Assembly (NCBI GenBank): GCA_039194325.1
Contig: JBCCWC010000006.1
Location: forward strand, 32,001 to 96,000
DNA: 64,000 bases
DNA from: Myxococcota bacterium
Lineage (GTDB): Bacteria > Myxococcota_A > Polyangia > Nannocystales > Nannocystaceae
Direction: 5' to 3'
Both the position numbers and the translations under genes were made by a program. The first letter of the stretch is position 1. Each line of letters begins with the position of its first letter. This document shows positions 1-13,381 of the stretch, one piece after another. Below the pieces are notes generated by a model that worked only from the letters and a program-made list of their open reading frames with translations, did no database searches and had not been told where the DNA came from.

Positions 1-764
1 CCGTCGACCCAAGCCACCCGGGCCGCGAGCACGTGCTCGCGCACCCCTCCGCCGGCCTCCAGCAGCAGGCTCAGCCAGACGATCTCGTCAAACTCCACCT
101 GATGGCCGGACGTGACGACCTGAGCGCCGTCGACCCCCAGATCGCGGATCCGACACGGATGCTCGGCCTCCGAGGCCAAGCGCAGCGTGGCGGGCAGCGA
201 GCAGCGGAAGCGCCAGAACGCCCGGCGCTCGTCCGACCCGACCGGTGGCCGCAGGTTCTCGGCCAGCGCCTCGAATCGCTCCACCCCCTCGGGCGTGGAC
301 AGCTCTCCCCGGCGGTGGCGGGCGCGAAGCTTGCGATACTCGATGATCTCGTCGAGCCGCCGACCGCCGTGTTCGATCCCGTCGGGACCCGTCAGCAGCA
401 CGGGCACGTGCTCGTCACCCTGACGCACCCGAGTGGTCGGCACCCGCTCGTGCGCGGGCTCGTAGACCATCTCGGTGTCGGCGATCCGCACGATGGCGTG
501 GGGCCGCAGCACCTCTCGCTCGATGCGTCGCCCATCGATGAAGGTGCCGTTGCTGCTGACCAGGTCGACCAGCACGTGCAGGCCTTGGTCATCGAGCGCG
601 ATGTGGGCGTGCTGGCGTGAGACCGACTCGTGGACGAGCTGGAGGTCGGAGCCGTTCGCTCGACCGATGCCGAAGCGATCGACCAGCGGGTGGATCGTGC
701 CGCGCCGCGGCCCGCTGAGGATCCGCAGCTGCCAAGAAGGGGCGTCGGTAGGAGGGTGGTCCAT
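1..764 (-). CDS. FHA domain + C-terminal PilZ domain protein (C-terminus runs off the window edge)
   Basis: Manually translated from ATG at 764 (absent from the ORF track because no stop lies in the window). FHA motifs GIGR, SVSRQHA and SSNGTF are followed by ERRAFWRF...IRDLGVDGAQV...ARVAWVD (PilZ RxxxR and Dx[S/G]xxG). Confidence 0.8.
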   Translation of the reverse strand, partial: MDHPPTDAPSWQLRILSGPRRGTIHPLVDRFGIGRANGSDLQLVHESVSRQHAHIALDDQGLHVLVDLVSSNGTFIDGRRIEREVLRPHAIVRIADTEMVYEPAHERVPTTRVRQGDEHVPVLLTGPDGIEHGGRRLDEIIEYRKLRARHRRGELSTPEGVERFEALAENLRPPVGSDERRAFWRFRCSLPATLRLASEAEHPCRIRDLGVDGAQVVTSGHQVEFDEIVWLSLLLEAGGGVREHVLAARVAWVD

Positions 765-875
765 TGGGAAGGCTCCCGTGTTGGGCCCAATACCCCATGG
801 ACTAGCATCGAAATGGCCGCTGTCACCGACCAAGGGCCCGAAATGCGGCGGCCCCTGATGGTCCCTTCGGTCCCT

Positions 876-2258
876 TCAGTGGAATTGAGGGTTTACCCGA
901 TCCAGCTCGGCCGTAATCGCCTCGTGGGCCGCGCGGTCGAGCGGATATCGCAGCGCGATGACGAACCCGATGACGGTACACACACATGGGACCCCGATAT
1001 AGAGCGCGCGCAGCACGTCGAGCACGTGCTGGGGTTGGGCTTGGTTGGGCTGATATCCCACCGCATCCAAGGTGAACATGGCCAGCCCCACCCCCAGCCC
1101 GGCCGCGGTCTTCTCGGCGATCGACCAAAGACCCCCGTAGAGCCCCTCGCGGCGCTCCCCGGTGCGTAGCTCGTCGTGATCGATGACGTCGGCCTGCATG
1201 GCGTAGGGCATGGCCAAGACCGCCACCCCACCGACCCCCGAGCACACGACCAAGGTGCCATAAAGCCACGCCTGGCCGGGCCCCACGAAGGTCACCCCCG
1301 CGAAGAACCCGGCATTGACCGCCATCGAGGCCAGCCATGTGACCTTCTTGCCACGCCGTCGCGACAGCGCGATCCAGGCGGGCAGGCTCAGCATGCCCAC
1401 CCCGAAGTACATCAGCAGGAACAGGGGCAGCAGCCGCTCGGCATCGAGCACATAGGTGACGAAATAGCTGATCAGCACCGCGGGCAGGCCGCTGCCCACG
1501 GCGATCACCACGAACGCAGAGAGCAGGATCACGAACGGCCGATTCTCGAACGCCTGACGCAGCTGCGCCGCGACCTCCACCCGCGATGGAGTAGGCCCCG
1601 CCTGGCCGGTGAAGCGCTCGTGCACCCGCCGCACGCACACCAGGCAGGTGATCACCAGCACCGGAGCCGCCACCGCCACGTACCCCGCGAATTTGCGGCG
1701 CTCGTCGCTGCCCTCGCCGAGCGTAAGCTCGACGATCCCGGGGCCCACCGAGGCCACCACCGTGCCCACCACCAATAAGCCCTCACGGATCGAGAACAGC
1801 GTGGTGCGCTCATCGTAATCGTCGGTCAGCTCGGGGCCGAGCGCTCGGTAGGGCACGTTGACCGCGGTCAGCGCGAGAAACCAGGCCAAGATTACGAAGC
1901 TGGCCCACGCGGTGGCCCCGGCCCCCTGAAGACGCGCGGGGGGCACATAGAGCGCCACCGTCAGCAGAGCCAGGGGCACGCAGCCCCAGCGGATCCACGG
2001 TCGCCTTCGCCCCTGCGCGGAGCGGCTACGATCCGACAGTAGCCCGACCAAAGGGTCGGTGATCGCATCGATCACCCGCCCAGCTACGAACACCACGCCC
2101 AGCCACGCCACCGGGACCCCCACCACATCGCTGTAGAAGCGGGGCAGGTAGACCAAGATCGGCACGCCCACCAGCGCGAGCCCCAGGTTGGGGAGTCCGT
2201 AGGCGAGGCGGGTCCGCAGGGGGAGCCCGGAAGCGCGAGGCATGGTGAGCGCGCTCAT
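876..2258 (-). CDS. MFS transporter, GPH/MelB-like sugar:cation symporter family
   Basis: About 12 hydrophobic segments; motifs DAITDPLVGLLSDRSRSAQGRRRPW, ELTDDYDERT, ADVIDHDELRTGERREGLYGG and YPLDR. Start chosen at MSALT. Confidence 0.9.
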   Translation of the reverse strand: MSALTMPRASGLPLRTRLAYGLPNLGLALVGVPILVYLPRFYSDVVGVPVAWLGVVFVAGRVIDAITDPLVGLLSDRSRSAQGRRRPWIRWGCVPLALLTVALYVPPARLQGAGATAWASFVILAWFLALTAVNVPYRALGPELTDDYDERTTLFSIREGLLVVGTVVASVGPGIVELTLGEGSDERRKFAGYVAVAAPVLVITCLVCVRRVHERFTGQAGPTPSRVEVAAQLRQAFENRPFVILLSAFVVIAVGSGLPAVLISYFVTYVLDAERLLPLFLLMYFGVGMLSLPAWIALSRRRGKKVTWLASMAVNAGFFAGVTFVGPGQAWLYGTLVVCSGVGGVAVLAMPYAMQADVIDHDELRTGERREGLYGGLWSIAEKTAAGLGVGLAMFTLDAVGYQPNQAQPQHVLDVLRALYIGVPCVCTVIGFVIALRYPLDRAAHEAITAELDRVNPQFH

Positions 2259-2288
2259 GCGAACACGATCGCTCCTCCGGCGCAATGC

Positions 2289-2307
2289 TTGCACGCGGCT
2301 CGTGCAA
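2289..2307. promoter_or_regulatory. Palindromic operator-like site between divergent genes
   Basis: ttgcacg-cggct-cgtgcaa: perfect 7-bp arms in the ~70-bp divergent spacer. Confidence 0.4.
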
Positions 2308-2329
2308 TGAACTCCGCTAGCTTGAAGGT

Positions 2330-2827
2330 ATGGGCAACGATCTCACAGCCTTCATCGAAGCGGTGGGACGACGTGTGGGCCACGGCGACCCTACGAACCT
2401 CGCACGGGTGACCCGAGCCACCCTGCGCGCGCTGGGCCGCCACCTGGGCGGGATGTCGCATGCGCTGGGCGATTTCATTCCGGCCGCGCTCCAGGCCGAG
2501 CTCGAGGCGGGCGAGTTCTACCCGCAGGTCGGGCCGGCCGCCTTCTATCTCAAGATCTCCAACGAGCTGGGGATCCGGGTCGGGCTGGCGCTGGAGATCG
2601 CCCAGTCGGTGGTGGCCGAGCTCGCCGACCGGCTCACCGAGGCCGGGCGTCAAAGGCTACGCCGGCGATTGCCTCCGGCCTGGGCCACCTTCATCGACCA
2701 ACCCGGCCTTCACGAGATCCCCCTCGGCCGCGGTCACGTGCTCAGCCGCCACCACCGCCGAGCCATGTGCTTGCTGTCGGGGCATGGGCAGGAGCTCGGA
2801 GTCACCCCATCGGTCGCGATGGCCTGA
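2330..2827 (+). CDS. DUF2267-like protein
   Basis: FIEAVGRR...RATLRALGRHL...AQSVVAELADRL...RRRLP pattern of the duplicated helical DUF2267 fold. Confidence 0.6.
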   Translation: MGNDLTAFIEAVGRRVGHGDPTNLARVTRATLRALGRHLGGMSHALGDFIPAALQAELEAGEFYPQVGPAAFYLKISNELGIRVGLALEIAQSVVAELADRLTEAGRQRLRRRLPPAWATFIDQPGLHEIPLGRGHVLSRHHRRAMCLLSGHGQELGVTPSVAMA

Positions 2828-2909
2828 AGAGTGGCGCGATTTGCGCGCCTCTTCCTCCCTCGCGCGGTCGCCCTACGATCCTTGGGGGTCTGCCCGAGCG
2901 CCGCGTTCG

Positions 2910-3011
2910 ATGATCCACATCATCCCCGAGGCCGTCTATCAGGCCTTCTACCGCCTCGACGACGCCGCCTCCCAGATCCGCAGCTTCGTGTTCGACGTGG
3001 TGCGGGCACGG
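2910..3011 (+). pseudogene. Isolated SPFH/Band-7 domain fragment
   Basis: HIIPEAVYQAFYRLDDAASQIRSFVFDVVRAR matches the SPFH core (AFY.L.....QI.S.VFDVVRA); the rest of the gene is missing. Confidence 0.65.
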
Positions 3012-3085
3012 ACTACCACCATCACCACCAGGGTTCACCTCCGATCGTCGGATGATCGGCTGGATGCCCTGAGCGCCACCCCCCG

Positions 3086-3112
3086 AGGAGGCCTCCGCCA
3101 CGGAGGCCTCCT
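3086..3112 (+). terminator. Strong hairpin, terminator-like
   Basis: aggaggcctccg-cca-cggaggcctcct (12-bp perfect stem) followed by tcgttcgttc. Confidence 0.5.
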
Positions 3113-3145
3113 TCGTTCGTTCGGGCTTGCTAGGCTCGCCCCGCC

Positions 3146-4060
3146 GTGTCCCTGCGCGCGTGGATCCAGTCCTGCCGGCCTTTGGCCCAGGTCAACATCG
3201 CGATCCCCCTGCTGCTGGGCGAGATGATCGCGTGGACCGAGTGCCTGCGCCTGGACGTGGCCCTGCTCGTCGTCGCCCACGTCTTCGGGGTGCTCGACCA
3301 CCTCTTCATCGTCTGGGCCAACGACGTGGCCGACGAGGCGGCCGATCGTCACAACGAGACCCCCACCCTCTTCTCTGGTGGCTCGCGGGTCCTGCCCGAG
3401 GGCAAGCTCGGGTCGGCCCAGCTCGCGCGGGCTGCTGCCGTCGCGGTGCTCGCCATGCTGGGCCTGAGCCTCTATGCCGCGATCTCCCTCGATCGCCCCG
3501 CGACCCCGCTGGCCTGGGCGCTGGCCGTCGCGCTCTTGTGGGCGTACAGCTTCCCGCCTGCCCGGCTGTCGTACCGTGGCGCTGGGGCGATCACCCAGGC
3601 CTTCGGGATGATGGTCGTCTTGCCCTTGCTGGGCTTCTACCTGCAATGCAGCGGGATCGGCGGGTTCCCCTGGGCCGCGCTCGTTCCCGCGGTGATGCTA
3701 GGGCTGGCCAGCAACATCACCACCGCGCTGCCCGATCACCCCGCCGACGAGGCCACCGGCAAGGCGACCTGGCCCGTGCGCTACGGCCCCCGACGCGCCC
3801 GCAAGCACAGCCTGCAGCTTATCGCGCTGGGCGCGGTATGCACCCCGCTGGTCGTCCCCGATCTTCCGCAGATGGGCTGGGCCGCCATCGAGGCGCTGCC
3901 GCTGTTGCTCGTGCTCGTCAACGCGCGAGCGCTCGACCGGGCCGAGGCCGACGACCGGGCCGCGTGCCTACGCTTCGTCGTCCTCAACGGCGCCGCGATC
4001 AACCTGACGATCTTCGGCTGGATCGTCGCGCTCGCCCTGCGCCCGGCGTGGGGCTGGTGA
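3146..4060 (+). CDS. UbiA-family prenyltransferase (MenA-like)
   Basis: Asp-rich motifs NDVADEAADRHN and LPDHPADEATGKAT, plus SGGSRV, YSFPPARLSYRG and multiple TM helices. Confidence 0.85.
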   Translation: MSLRAWIQSCRPLAQVNIAIPLLLGEMIAWTECLRLDVALLVVAHVFGVLDHLFIVWANDVADEAADRHNETPTLFSGGSRVLPEGKLGSAQLARAAAVAVLAMLGLSLYAAISLDRPATPLAWALAVALLWAYSFPPARLSYRGAGAITQAFGMMVVLPLLGFYLQCSGIGGFPWAALVPAVMLGLASNITTALPDHPADEATGKATWPVRYGPRRARKHSLQLIALGAVCTPLVVPDLPQMGWAAIEALPLLLVLVNARALDRAEADDRAACLRFVVLNGAAINLTIFGWIVALALRPAWGW

Positions 4061-4074
4061 GCTACGATCCACCG

Positions 4075-4950
4075 ATGCGTCACGCCGCCCTCGCATCGCT
4101 GGTGATCATGGTCGCGTGTACCAGCCGCGAGGGTCCTGACGTGCCGCAGGTACCGCAGGGCCCGCCAGCGCCCCGAGCATCCGCGGCGGTGGACACGACC
4201 ACGGCCGACACCACCGTGTGGGTCTGGCGCGCGGATCCTCCCGAGTCCCGCGACCCGAGCTATCTGCTGGGGGTGGTGGGTCAGCAGGGCACCCCTCGCT
4301 GCACCGCCGACGACAACTACGACGCGCAGTGGGTGGGCGTGTACCCCACGATCGGACGGGTGAGCGTGGGTGGCCCCGAAGATCCGGTGTTCGACTCGGT
4401 CATGGACCAGCCGGTGCTCGCGCTGGGTCAGCCCCGGCCTCGGCCTGTGCGTACCGTCGAGCCTAGTGGCGACCCGGATGGCGACCCGGGTAGCGAGCCC
4501 TGTGCCCCCATGCAGATGCGGAGCGACTGGCGGCAGACCCCGCGCGGGATCTTGGTCGTGCGCGAGCCGGCCCCGAGCATCGAGCACTTCGAGGTGCAGG
4601 CCCTGCGACCGCTCCACGAGTTATCGGCCCGGCTCGACGCAGACGCCGTGATGGTGACGCTGCAAAATCCCGTGCCGGTTGTCCTCGAAGACGTGTCCTT
4701 GCGTGTGCATTACGAGGGTTGCTTCGGCAAGCCGGGCACCACCACCAAGACCCACGAGATCGGTAAGCTGGGGCTCGGCGCGGTGGCATCGACTCGCGTC
4801 GTTCAGCAGACCACCGAGGCCGACTCCCCGCCGGGTCGACGGATCTTCCGCGCCGCCTCGGTGCAGCTGGTGGGCCGCGCGGACGGGGTGGTGATCGATC
4901 TCGACGTCCCGCTACGAGCGCTGGGGGCCACGGTGGACTGCCCACGCTGA
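4075..4950 (+). CDS. Hypothetical lipoprotein
   Basis: Signal peptide with lipobox (MRHAALASLVIMVAC); GC3-biased codons. Confidence 0.65.
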   Translation: MRHAALASLVIMVACTSREGPDVPQVPQGPPAPRASAAVDTTTADTTVWVWRADPPESRDPSYLLGVVGQQGTPRCTADDNYDAQWVGVYPTIGRVSVGGPEDPVFDSVMDQPVLALGQPRPRPVRTVEPSGDPDGDPGSEPCAPMQMRSDWRQTPRGILVVREPAPSIEHFEVQALRPLHELSARLDADAVMVTLQNPVPVVLEDVSLRVHYEGCFGKPGTTTKTHEIGKLGLGAVASTRVVQQTTEADSPPGRRIFRAASVQLVGRADGVVIDLDVPLRALGATVDCPR

Positions 4951-5082
4951 CCCGGTGAGCCCACGGCGCGATCGCGGGACCTCCCCGCCGCCAAGATCGG
5001 CCCGTACGGCCCCCTGCTCGCGAAAATTCCGGGCCCGCTCCAGGGGCTTGCCGCTCGACCTCCACGGGGTACCATCCCCGCG

Positions 5083-5664
5083 ATGCCCGAGCGGAACGAC
5101 GAGGAAGAAGCCTACTTCAAGGCGCTGGAGATCGAGCAGCGCCGCAAGCTCCGGGAGAAGCTCGAGTCCGCCGCCAAGGAGATGTCCGACAAGCAGGCCA
5201 TCGCCGACTCGGTCCAGACCGACGATCTGGACCTGGCCGCGCGGGTCAAGGCGCTGGGCTTCTCGGGGGACTCGGCGCGGGTCTTCGACCTGCTGCCGCT
5301 GGTCCACGTGGCCTGGGCCGACGGCTCGGTGCAAAAGAGCGAGCGGGCCGCGATCTTGCGGGTGCTGGAGACCCGCGGCGTGGCCCCCGGCTCCGAGGCA
5401 TTCTTGCTGATGGAGAGCCTGCTCGAGGAGCGCCCCAGCGACGACTACATGAACCAGAGCCTCGCCGTGCTCAAGGAGCTACTCGCCCAGGGCGACGGCG
5501 ACCGCGGCGCGCAGCTGGTCGACCTGTGCCAGCAGGTGGCCTCCTCGGCCGGCGGCTTCTTGGGCCTGGGGTCGAAGATCAGCACCGAAGAGCGCGAGAT
5601 GATCGAGAAGATCACCGGCCATCTGGGCGACGGAGCCCAGAGCTTCAAGAACTCGCTCGATTAG
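5083..5664 (+). CDS. TerB-like / DjlA N-terminal fold protein
   Basis: EEEAYF coiled-coil N-terminus; LVHVAWADGSVQKSER and GGFLGLGSKISTEER motifs. Confidence 0.75.
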   Translation: MPERNDEEEAYFKALEIEQRRKLREKLESAAKEMSDKQAIADSVQTDDLDLAARVKALGFSGDSARVFDLLPLVHVAWADGSVQKSERAAILRVLETRGVAPGSEAFLLMESLLEERPSDDYMNQSLAVLKELLAQGDGDRGAQLVDLCQQVASSAGGFLGLGSKISTEEREMIEKITGHLGDGAQSFKNSLD

Positions 5665-5783
5665 TCCTCGGGCTCGAGTTCGACCTCGACGGGGACTGGG
5701 CAAGACCTCCGGCGGTCGCCCGATCCCCGAGATTCGCCGCTTTCTCGCGATCCTGGCCGTTTCGTGCTGCTGTCGCCCCCGAC

Positions 5784-7085
5784 GTGAGCGAAGCGCCCAG
5801 CGCCCCCCCTTCCGAGTCCCTCGATCCGACCCCCGACGACCCCACCGCCGGTCGGGCGTCCGTGCGAGCCCAGCCGCGGGCCCAGCCGCGAGCCCAGCCA
5901 ATGGACCCGTGGCTGTTCTTCGCCGCGCTCGCGCTCTCGGCCTTGGGCCTGGTGATGGTCTACAGCGCCGGAGCGTGGTTCGGCCACGAGGTCTTCGGCG
6001 ACTGGGAGTACTTCTTGCACCGCCAAGCGGGCTTCTTGGTCGTAGGCGTAGTGCTCATGCTCGCCTTATCGCGCATCGACTACCGGGTGCTGCGACGCTT
6101 CTCACCCCACCTGATGCTCGCCGCGCTGGCCATGCTCTTGCTGGTGCTCGTGATCGGCCAGGAGATCAACGGCGCCCGCCGCTGGATCCGCTTTGGACCG
6201 GTGGGGATCCAGCCCTCCGAGGTCGCCAAGGTCACCCTCACGATCTTCCTCGCCGCGACCCTGGCCCGTCAGGGCGAGCGAGTCCGTATGTTCAAGCGCG
6301 GGTTCATGCCGGTGATGGGGATCGCCACCTTCACCATGCTGATGGTGCTCGCCGAGAAGGACCTGGGCACCACGATCTTGCTGGGCTCGCTGACGCTCAT
6401 CATGCTCTTCGCCGCCGGCACCCGGCTGAGCTACGTGGTCGCGGCGGTGATGCTGGCCGCGCCCCTGGTGTGGCAGCAGATCGTCGGCGTGGACTACCGC
6501 CGTGGTCGGCTCGAGGAGTTCATGTCCGGCGACGGCTACCAGGTCCACCAAGCGCTGATCGCCATCGGCTCGGGAGGACCGTGGGGCCGCGGCCTGGGCC
6601 ATGGACGGCAGAAACTGGGCTTTTTGCCCGAGAACCACACCGACTTCATCCTGGCCACCATCGGCGAAGAGATGGGCCTTCTGGGCATCCTGCTGGTGCT
6701 GGGCTTGGTGGCGCTTTTGGTGTGGCGCGGGCTGGTGATCGCCCGGCAGGCCAGCGATCGCTTCGGCACCTACCTGGCCACGGGCCTCAGCGCCCTGTTC
6801 GGCCTGCAAGCGCTGGTGAACATGGCGGTGGTGCTCGAGCTCATCCCCGCCAAGGGAATCACGCTCCCGTTCCTCAGCTACGGCGGCTCCTCGCTGCTGG
6901 CCAGCCTCGGGGCCGTTGGCCTTCTGCTGAGCATCTCGCGACGACCGGCCGCGTGGCGACTGAGCGATCAGCGAGGCCGCCGGCGGGCCCGCATGCCCAA
7001 GCCCGGTACGCCCAAGTCCAATAGTCCCGAGCGTCCGCGCAACGTTCGACGACCCCGGGCCCCCGACGACGCGGACCCCACGTAG
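5784..7085 (+). CDS. ftsW: SEDS-family peptidoglycan glycosyltransferase FtsW
   Basis: GLVMVYSA, NGARRWI, QPSEVAK, DLGT, GSGG, LPENHTDFI and KGITLPFLSYGGSS. Start is GTG 5784 or ATG 5901. Confidence 0.9.
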   Translation: MSEAPSAPPSESLDPTPDDPTAGRASVRAQPRAQPRAQPMDPWLFFAALALSALGLVMVYSAGAWFGHEVFGDWEYFLHRQAGFLVVGVVLMLALSRIDYRVLRRFSPHLMLAALAMLLLVLVIGQEINGARRWIRFGPVGIQPSEVAKVTLTIFLAATLARQGERVRMFKRGFMPVMGIATFTMLMVLAEKDLGTTILLGSLTLIMLFAAGTRLSYVVAAVMLAAPLVWQQIVGVDYRRGRLEEFMSGDGYQVHQALIAIGSGGPWGRGLGHGRQKLGFLPENHTDFILATIGEEMGLLGILLVLGLVALLVWRGLVIARQASDRFGTYLATGLSALFGLQALVNMAVVLELIPAKGITLPFLSYGGSSLLASLGAVGLLLSISRRPAAWRLSDQRGRRRARMPKPGTPKSNSPERPRNVRRPRAPDDADPT

Positions 7086-7427
7086 CCGCCGCCACGCCGA
7101 CCGCTTCGCCCTCGCGTCTGCTCCAGATCGAGCACTGGACCTCAATCAGGGCCAGTACGAGCCGTAAGGCGAAGGAATGGCGACTCGATCTGGATCGAGC
7201 GCGTTGCCCTTGGCTCGAGTGGAGGGGCAAACCACCCCATGCTCGTCGACCCGATCTGGCGGATCGGGGCATTGCGCTACGTCATCGCGTTGCTCCGCGG
7301 TTGACCAAGAAGCGAATCACGGGATTCCCCGACCCCGATAAAGACCGAAATTTCGGCGTTTAGCGGTACCTTTGCGTGCACATCACCCGAACACTGCTAG
7401 GCGTTTCCCGAAGGGGACCAAGAAACG

Positions 7428-9197
<1,770 letters not shown>

Positions 9198-9249
9198 GCG
9201 CTCGCGTCGCGTCGGCATCGCTCGGGTCCAGCCGAGGGTCGATCTTCGA

Positions 9250-9327
9250 CCCGAGCGAGCCATTCGAGCGATCCACTTGAGCGCCCACCCGAGCGAGCCA
9301 TTCGAGCGATCCACTTGAGCGATCCAC
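9250..9327. repeat. Intergenic tandem repeat (38-bp unit x2, internal 13-bp subrepeat)
   Basis: cccgagcgagccattcgagcgatccacttgagcg occurs at 9250 and 9288. Confidence 0.85.
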
Positions 9328-9452
9328 GCAACGCTGGACCGCCACGGTCTGCATAAGACCAACGTTCCGGGCATAGCTGGGGACCTTCGCGCTCCGCCGA
9401 CCGGGCCGTCTCACACAGCTGAGACGGCTCTGGGGTTCAATGGGCGTTCAGG

Positions 9453-9989
9453 ATGGCCATGAGCGCGCCCAAGTCCAGCATCGTCGATCAAGCCCTCGAC
9501 CTGGTCGACGGGGTCTACGGTCTCATCGACATCGCCTTCACCCATGATCTGGCGGTCGTCTTCACCGATGTGGGTTCCCACGAGGTGCTCAGCGATCAGA
9601 TCCACTCGCTCGTTGCGTTGACGACCGGGATCCACCAGGCGCTCCCCGAGGTGAGCACCTTGGGGCCGCTATGTGCCCTGCTGGGAACGATGGAACCCGT
9701 CGTGAACAGACTGCACGAGACCCTGCTCGACGCCGGTCACCAGCTGGGGACGCGCGCCGTGTTTGCCGTGCTTCGAAGCCGCCGCCCGCTCGAGCTGGCG
9801 TTTGCCCACCTGAGGGTGGCGGCCCGGCTCGGCGCTACGCCGCCCATCGACGCCGAGTCGCGCACCAGCCTGCGGCTGGCGGTCGAGGCCCTCCGGAGCA
9901 ACCTGGACTCGTTCACCGATCTGATGCTGGCCCTCGATCCGCTGCCCGCCGAGTACATCGACTCGCTGCCTCACCTACCCCACGAGTAA
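9453..9989 (+). CDS. Hypothetical helical protein
   Basis: 178-aa ORF with typical codon bias, co-oriented with its neighbours. Confidence 0.65.
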   Translation: MAMSAPKSSIVDQALDLVDGVYGLIDIAFTHDLAVVFTDVGSHEVLSDQIHSLVALTTGIHQALPEVSTLGPLCALLGTMEPVVNRLHETLLDAGHQLGTRAVFAVLRSRRPLELAFAHLRVAARLGATPPIDAESRTSLRLAVEALRSNLDSFTDLMLALDPLPAEYIDSLPHLPHE

Positions 9990-10042
9990 CGAAGACCCCG
10001 CGTTGCCCAGATCTCCGAGCCCCGGTACGGTCGGCTCGGATC

Positions 10043-12145
<2,103 letters not shown>

Positions 12146-12218
12146 ACCCGCGAGCCGCCTCGTGAGCCCGGGAGTGGTCAAGTGCTCGGCCGGGCGTTAC
12201 CATGATGTGCCGCCCACC

Positions 12219-12500
12219 ATGCCCTACGTCGAGTATGCCTGCGAGGGACGCCTGTTGTTTCGCACCGAGACGACCGAGGGCGCGCAGTTCGTGCCGCGTA
12301 TGCACGAGATCGTCGTCATCGACGATACCCCTTACCAGGTGGTCGACGTGGAGTACTGGGCCCGCCGCATGGGCGCCACCGACCGCCGCTTCGTGTGGCC
12401 CACCGTCTATGTGATCCCGGTACCCACCGAGGACTGGGAGCTCCGGCTGGAGCGACGCAACTCGCGAACCGATCACGGCAAGCCCCCCGTACGGTACTGA
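12219..12500 (+). CDS. Small hypothetical protein
   Basis: MPYVEYACEGRLLFRT...; GC3 bias; stop lies 2 nt before the next ATG. Confidence 0.65.
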   Translation: MPYVEYACEGRLLFRTETTEGAQFVPRMHEIVVIDDTPYQVVDVEYWARRMGATDRRFVWPTVYVIPVPTEDWELRLERRNSRTDHGKPPVRY

Positions 12501-12502
12501 CG

Positions 12503-13381
12503 ATGCCTCCGCTGCTGCGGTCCAAACGCCTCGCCATGGACCTGCTGCGTCCGCTGCTACCGGAGCGCGAGTGGGACCGGGTCAGAGCCTACCCGATGAA
12601 CGACGTCGGCCTGGGGACCGACGCCTTCGGCACCCGCCGCGAATTGCTGGGCTTCGCCTATGCGCTGGGCTACTGGCTACACCGCTACTACTTCCGCGTG
12701 GTGTCGGCTGGCCATGAGCACCTCCCCCAGCAGGGCGGCGGCGTGGTTGTCGGCAACCACAGCGGCGTGCTGCCCTTCGACGGCATGATGGTCGGTGCCG
12801 ACGTGTTCCGCTACACCGAGCCCCCCCGGCTGGTGCGCTACATGGTGGACTTCTTCGTCTACCAGCTACCCTTCGTGGGTGCGTTCTTCCGCGGTATGGG
12901 CCAGATGCCGGGTACCCGCCGCAACTTCGACGGCCTGGTCCACGAGGGCCACCTGGTCGGGATCTTCCCCGAGGGATCGGCTGCGCTGGGCAAGAAGGCC
13001 GAGCACCGCTACGAGCTGCTGCCCTTCTCCCCCGGCCACGTGGAGCTGGCCGCCCGTCACCGGGTTCCCGTGCTGCCCTTTGGGTTGGTCGGAGCCGAGG
13101 AGCAGCAGACCATGATGACCGACCTGCGACCCTTGGCCCGAGCGCTGCGGCTGCCCTACTTTCCGATCACCACCACCTTCCCCTGGCTCGGCCCGTTGGG
13201 CCTGCTACCCCGGCCCTCGCGCTACTTCATCCACTACGGGTCGCCGCTGTCCATCGATCCCGACGCGCTGCGCAGCATCGAGGTGCGCAACCACGAGATC
13301 GGGCGAGTCCAGGACGCGGTGGCCGAGCTCCTCCGCCGGGGCCAGGCCACCCGCCGCCAGCACGCCGGAGGTGCATCATGA
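12503..13381 (+). CDS. Lysophospholipid/PlsC-family acyltransferase
   Basis: NHSGVLPFD (HxxxxD-type) and FPEG motifs. Confidence 0.9.
   Translation: MPPLLRSKRLAMDLLRPLLPEREWDRVRAYPMNDVGLGTDAFGTRRELLGFAYALGYWLHRYYFRVVSAGHEHLPQQGGGVVVGNHSGVLPFDGMMVGADVFRYTEPPRLVRYMVDFFVYQLPFVGAFFRGMGQMPGTRRNFDGLVHEGHLVGIFPEGSAALGKKAEHRYELLPFSPGHVELAARHRVPVLPFGLVGAEEQQTMMTDLRPLARALRLPYFPITTTFPWLGPLGLLPRPSRYFIHYGSPLSIDPDALRSIEVRNHEIGRVQDAVAELLRRGQATRRQHAGGAS

Noticed and set aside
5083..5664. ter stress/defence cluster based on two TerB-like genes
   Set aside because: The two genes are about 55 kb apart with no terC, terD or terZ neighbours.
7086..7427. Sigma54 -24/-12 promoter near the activator gene
   Set aside because: The TGGC...TTGC candidates I inspected do not have GG-N10-GC spacing.
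9250..9327. Possible mini-CRISPR
   Set aside because: Two adjacent copies separated by only about 4 nt; a simple tandem duplication.
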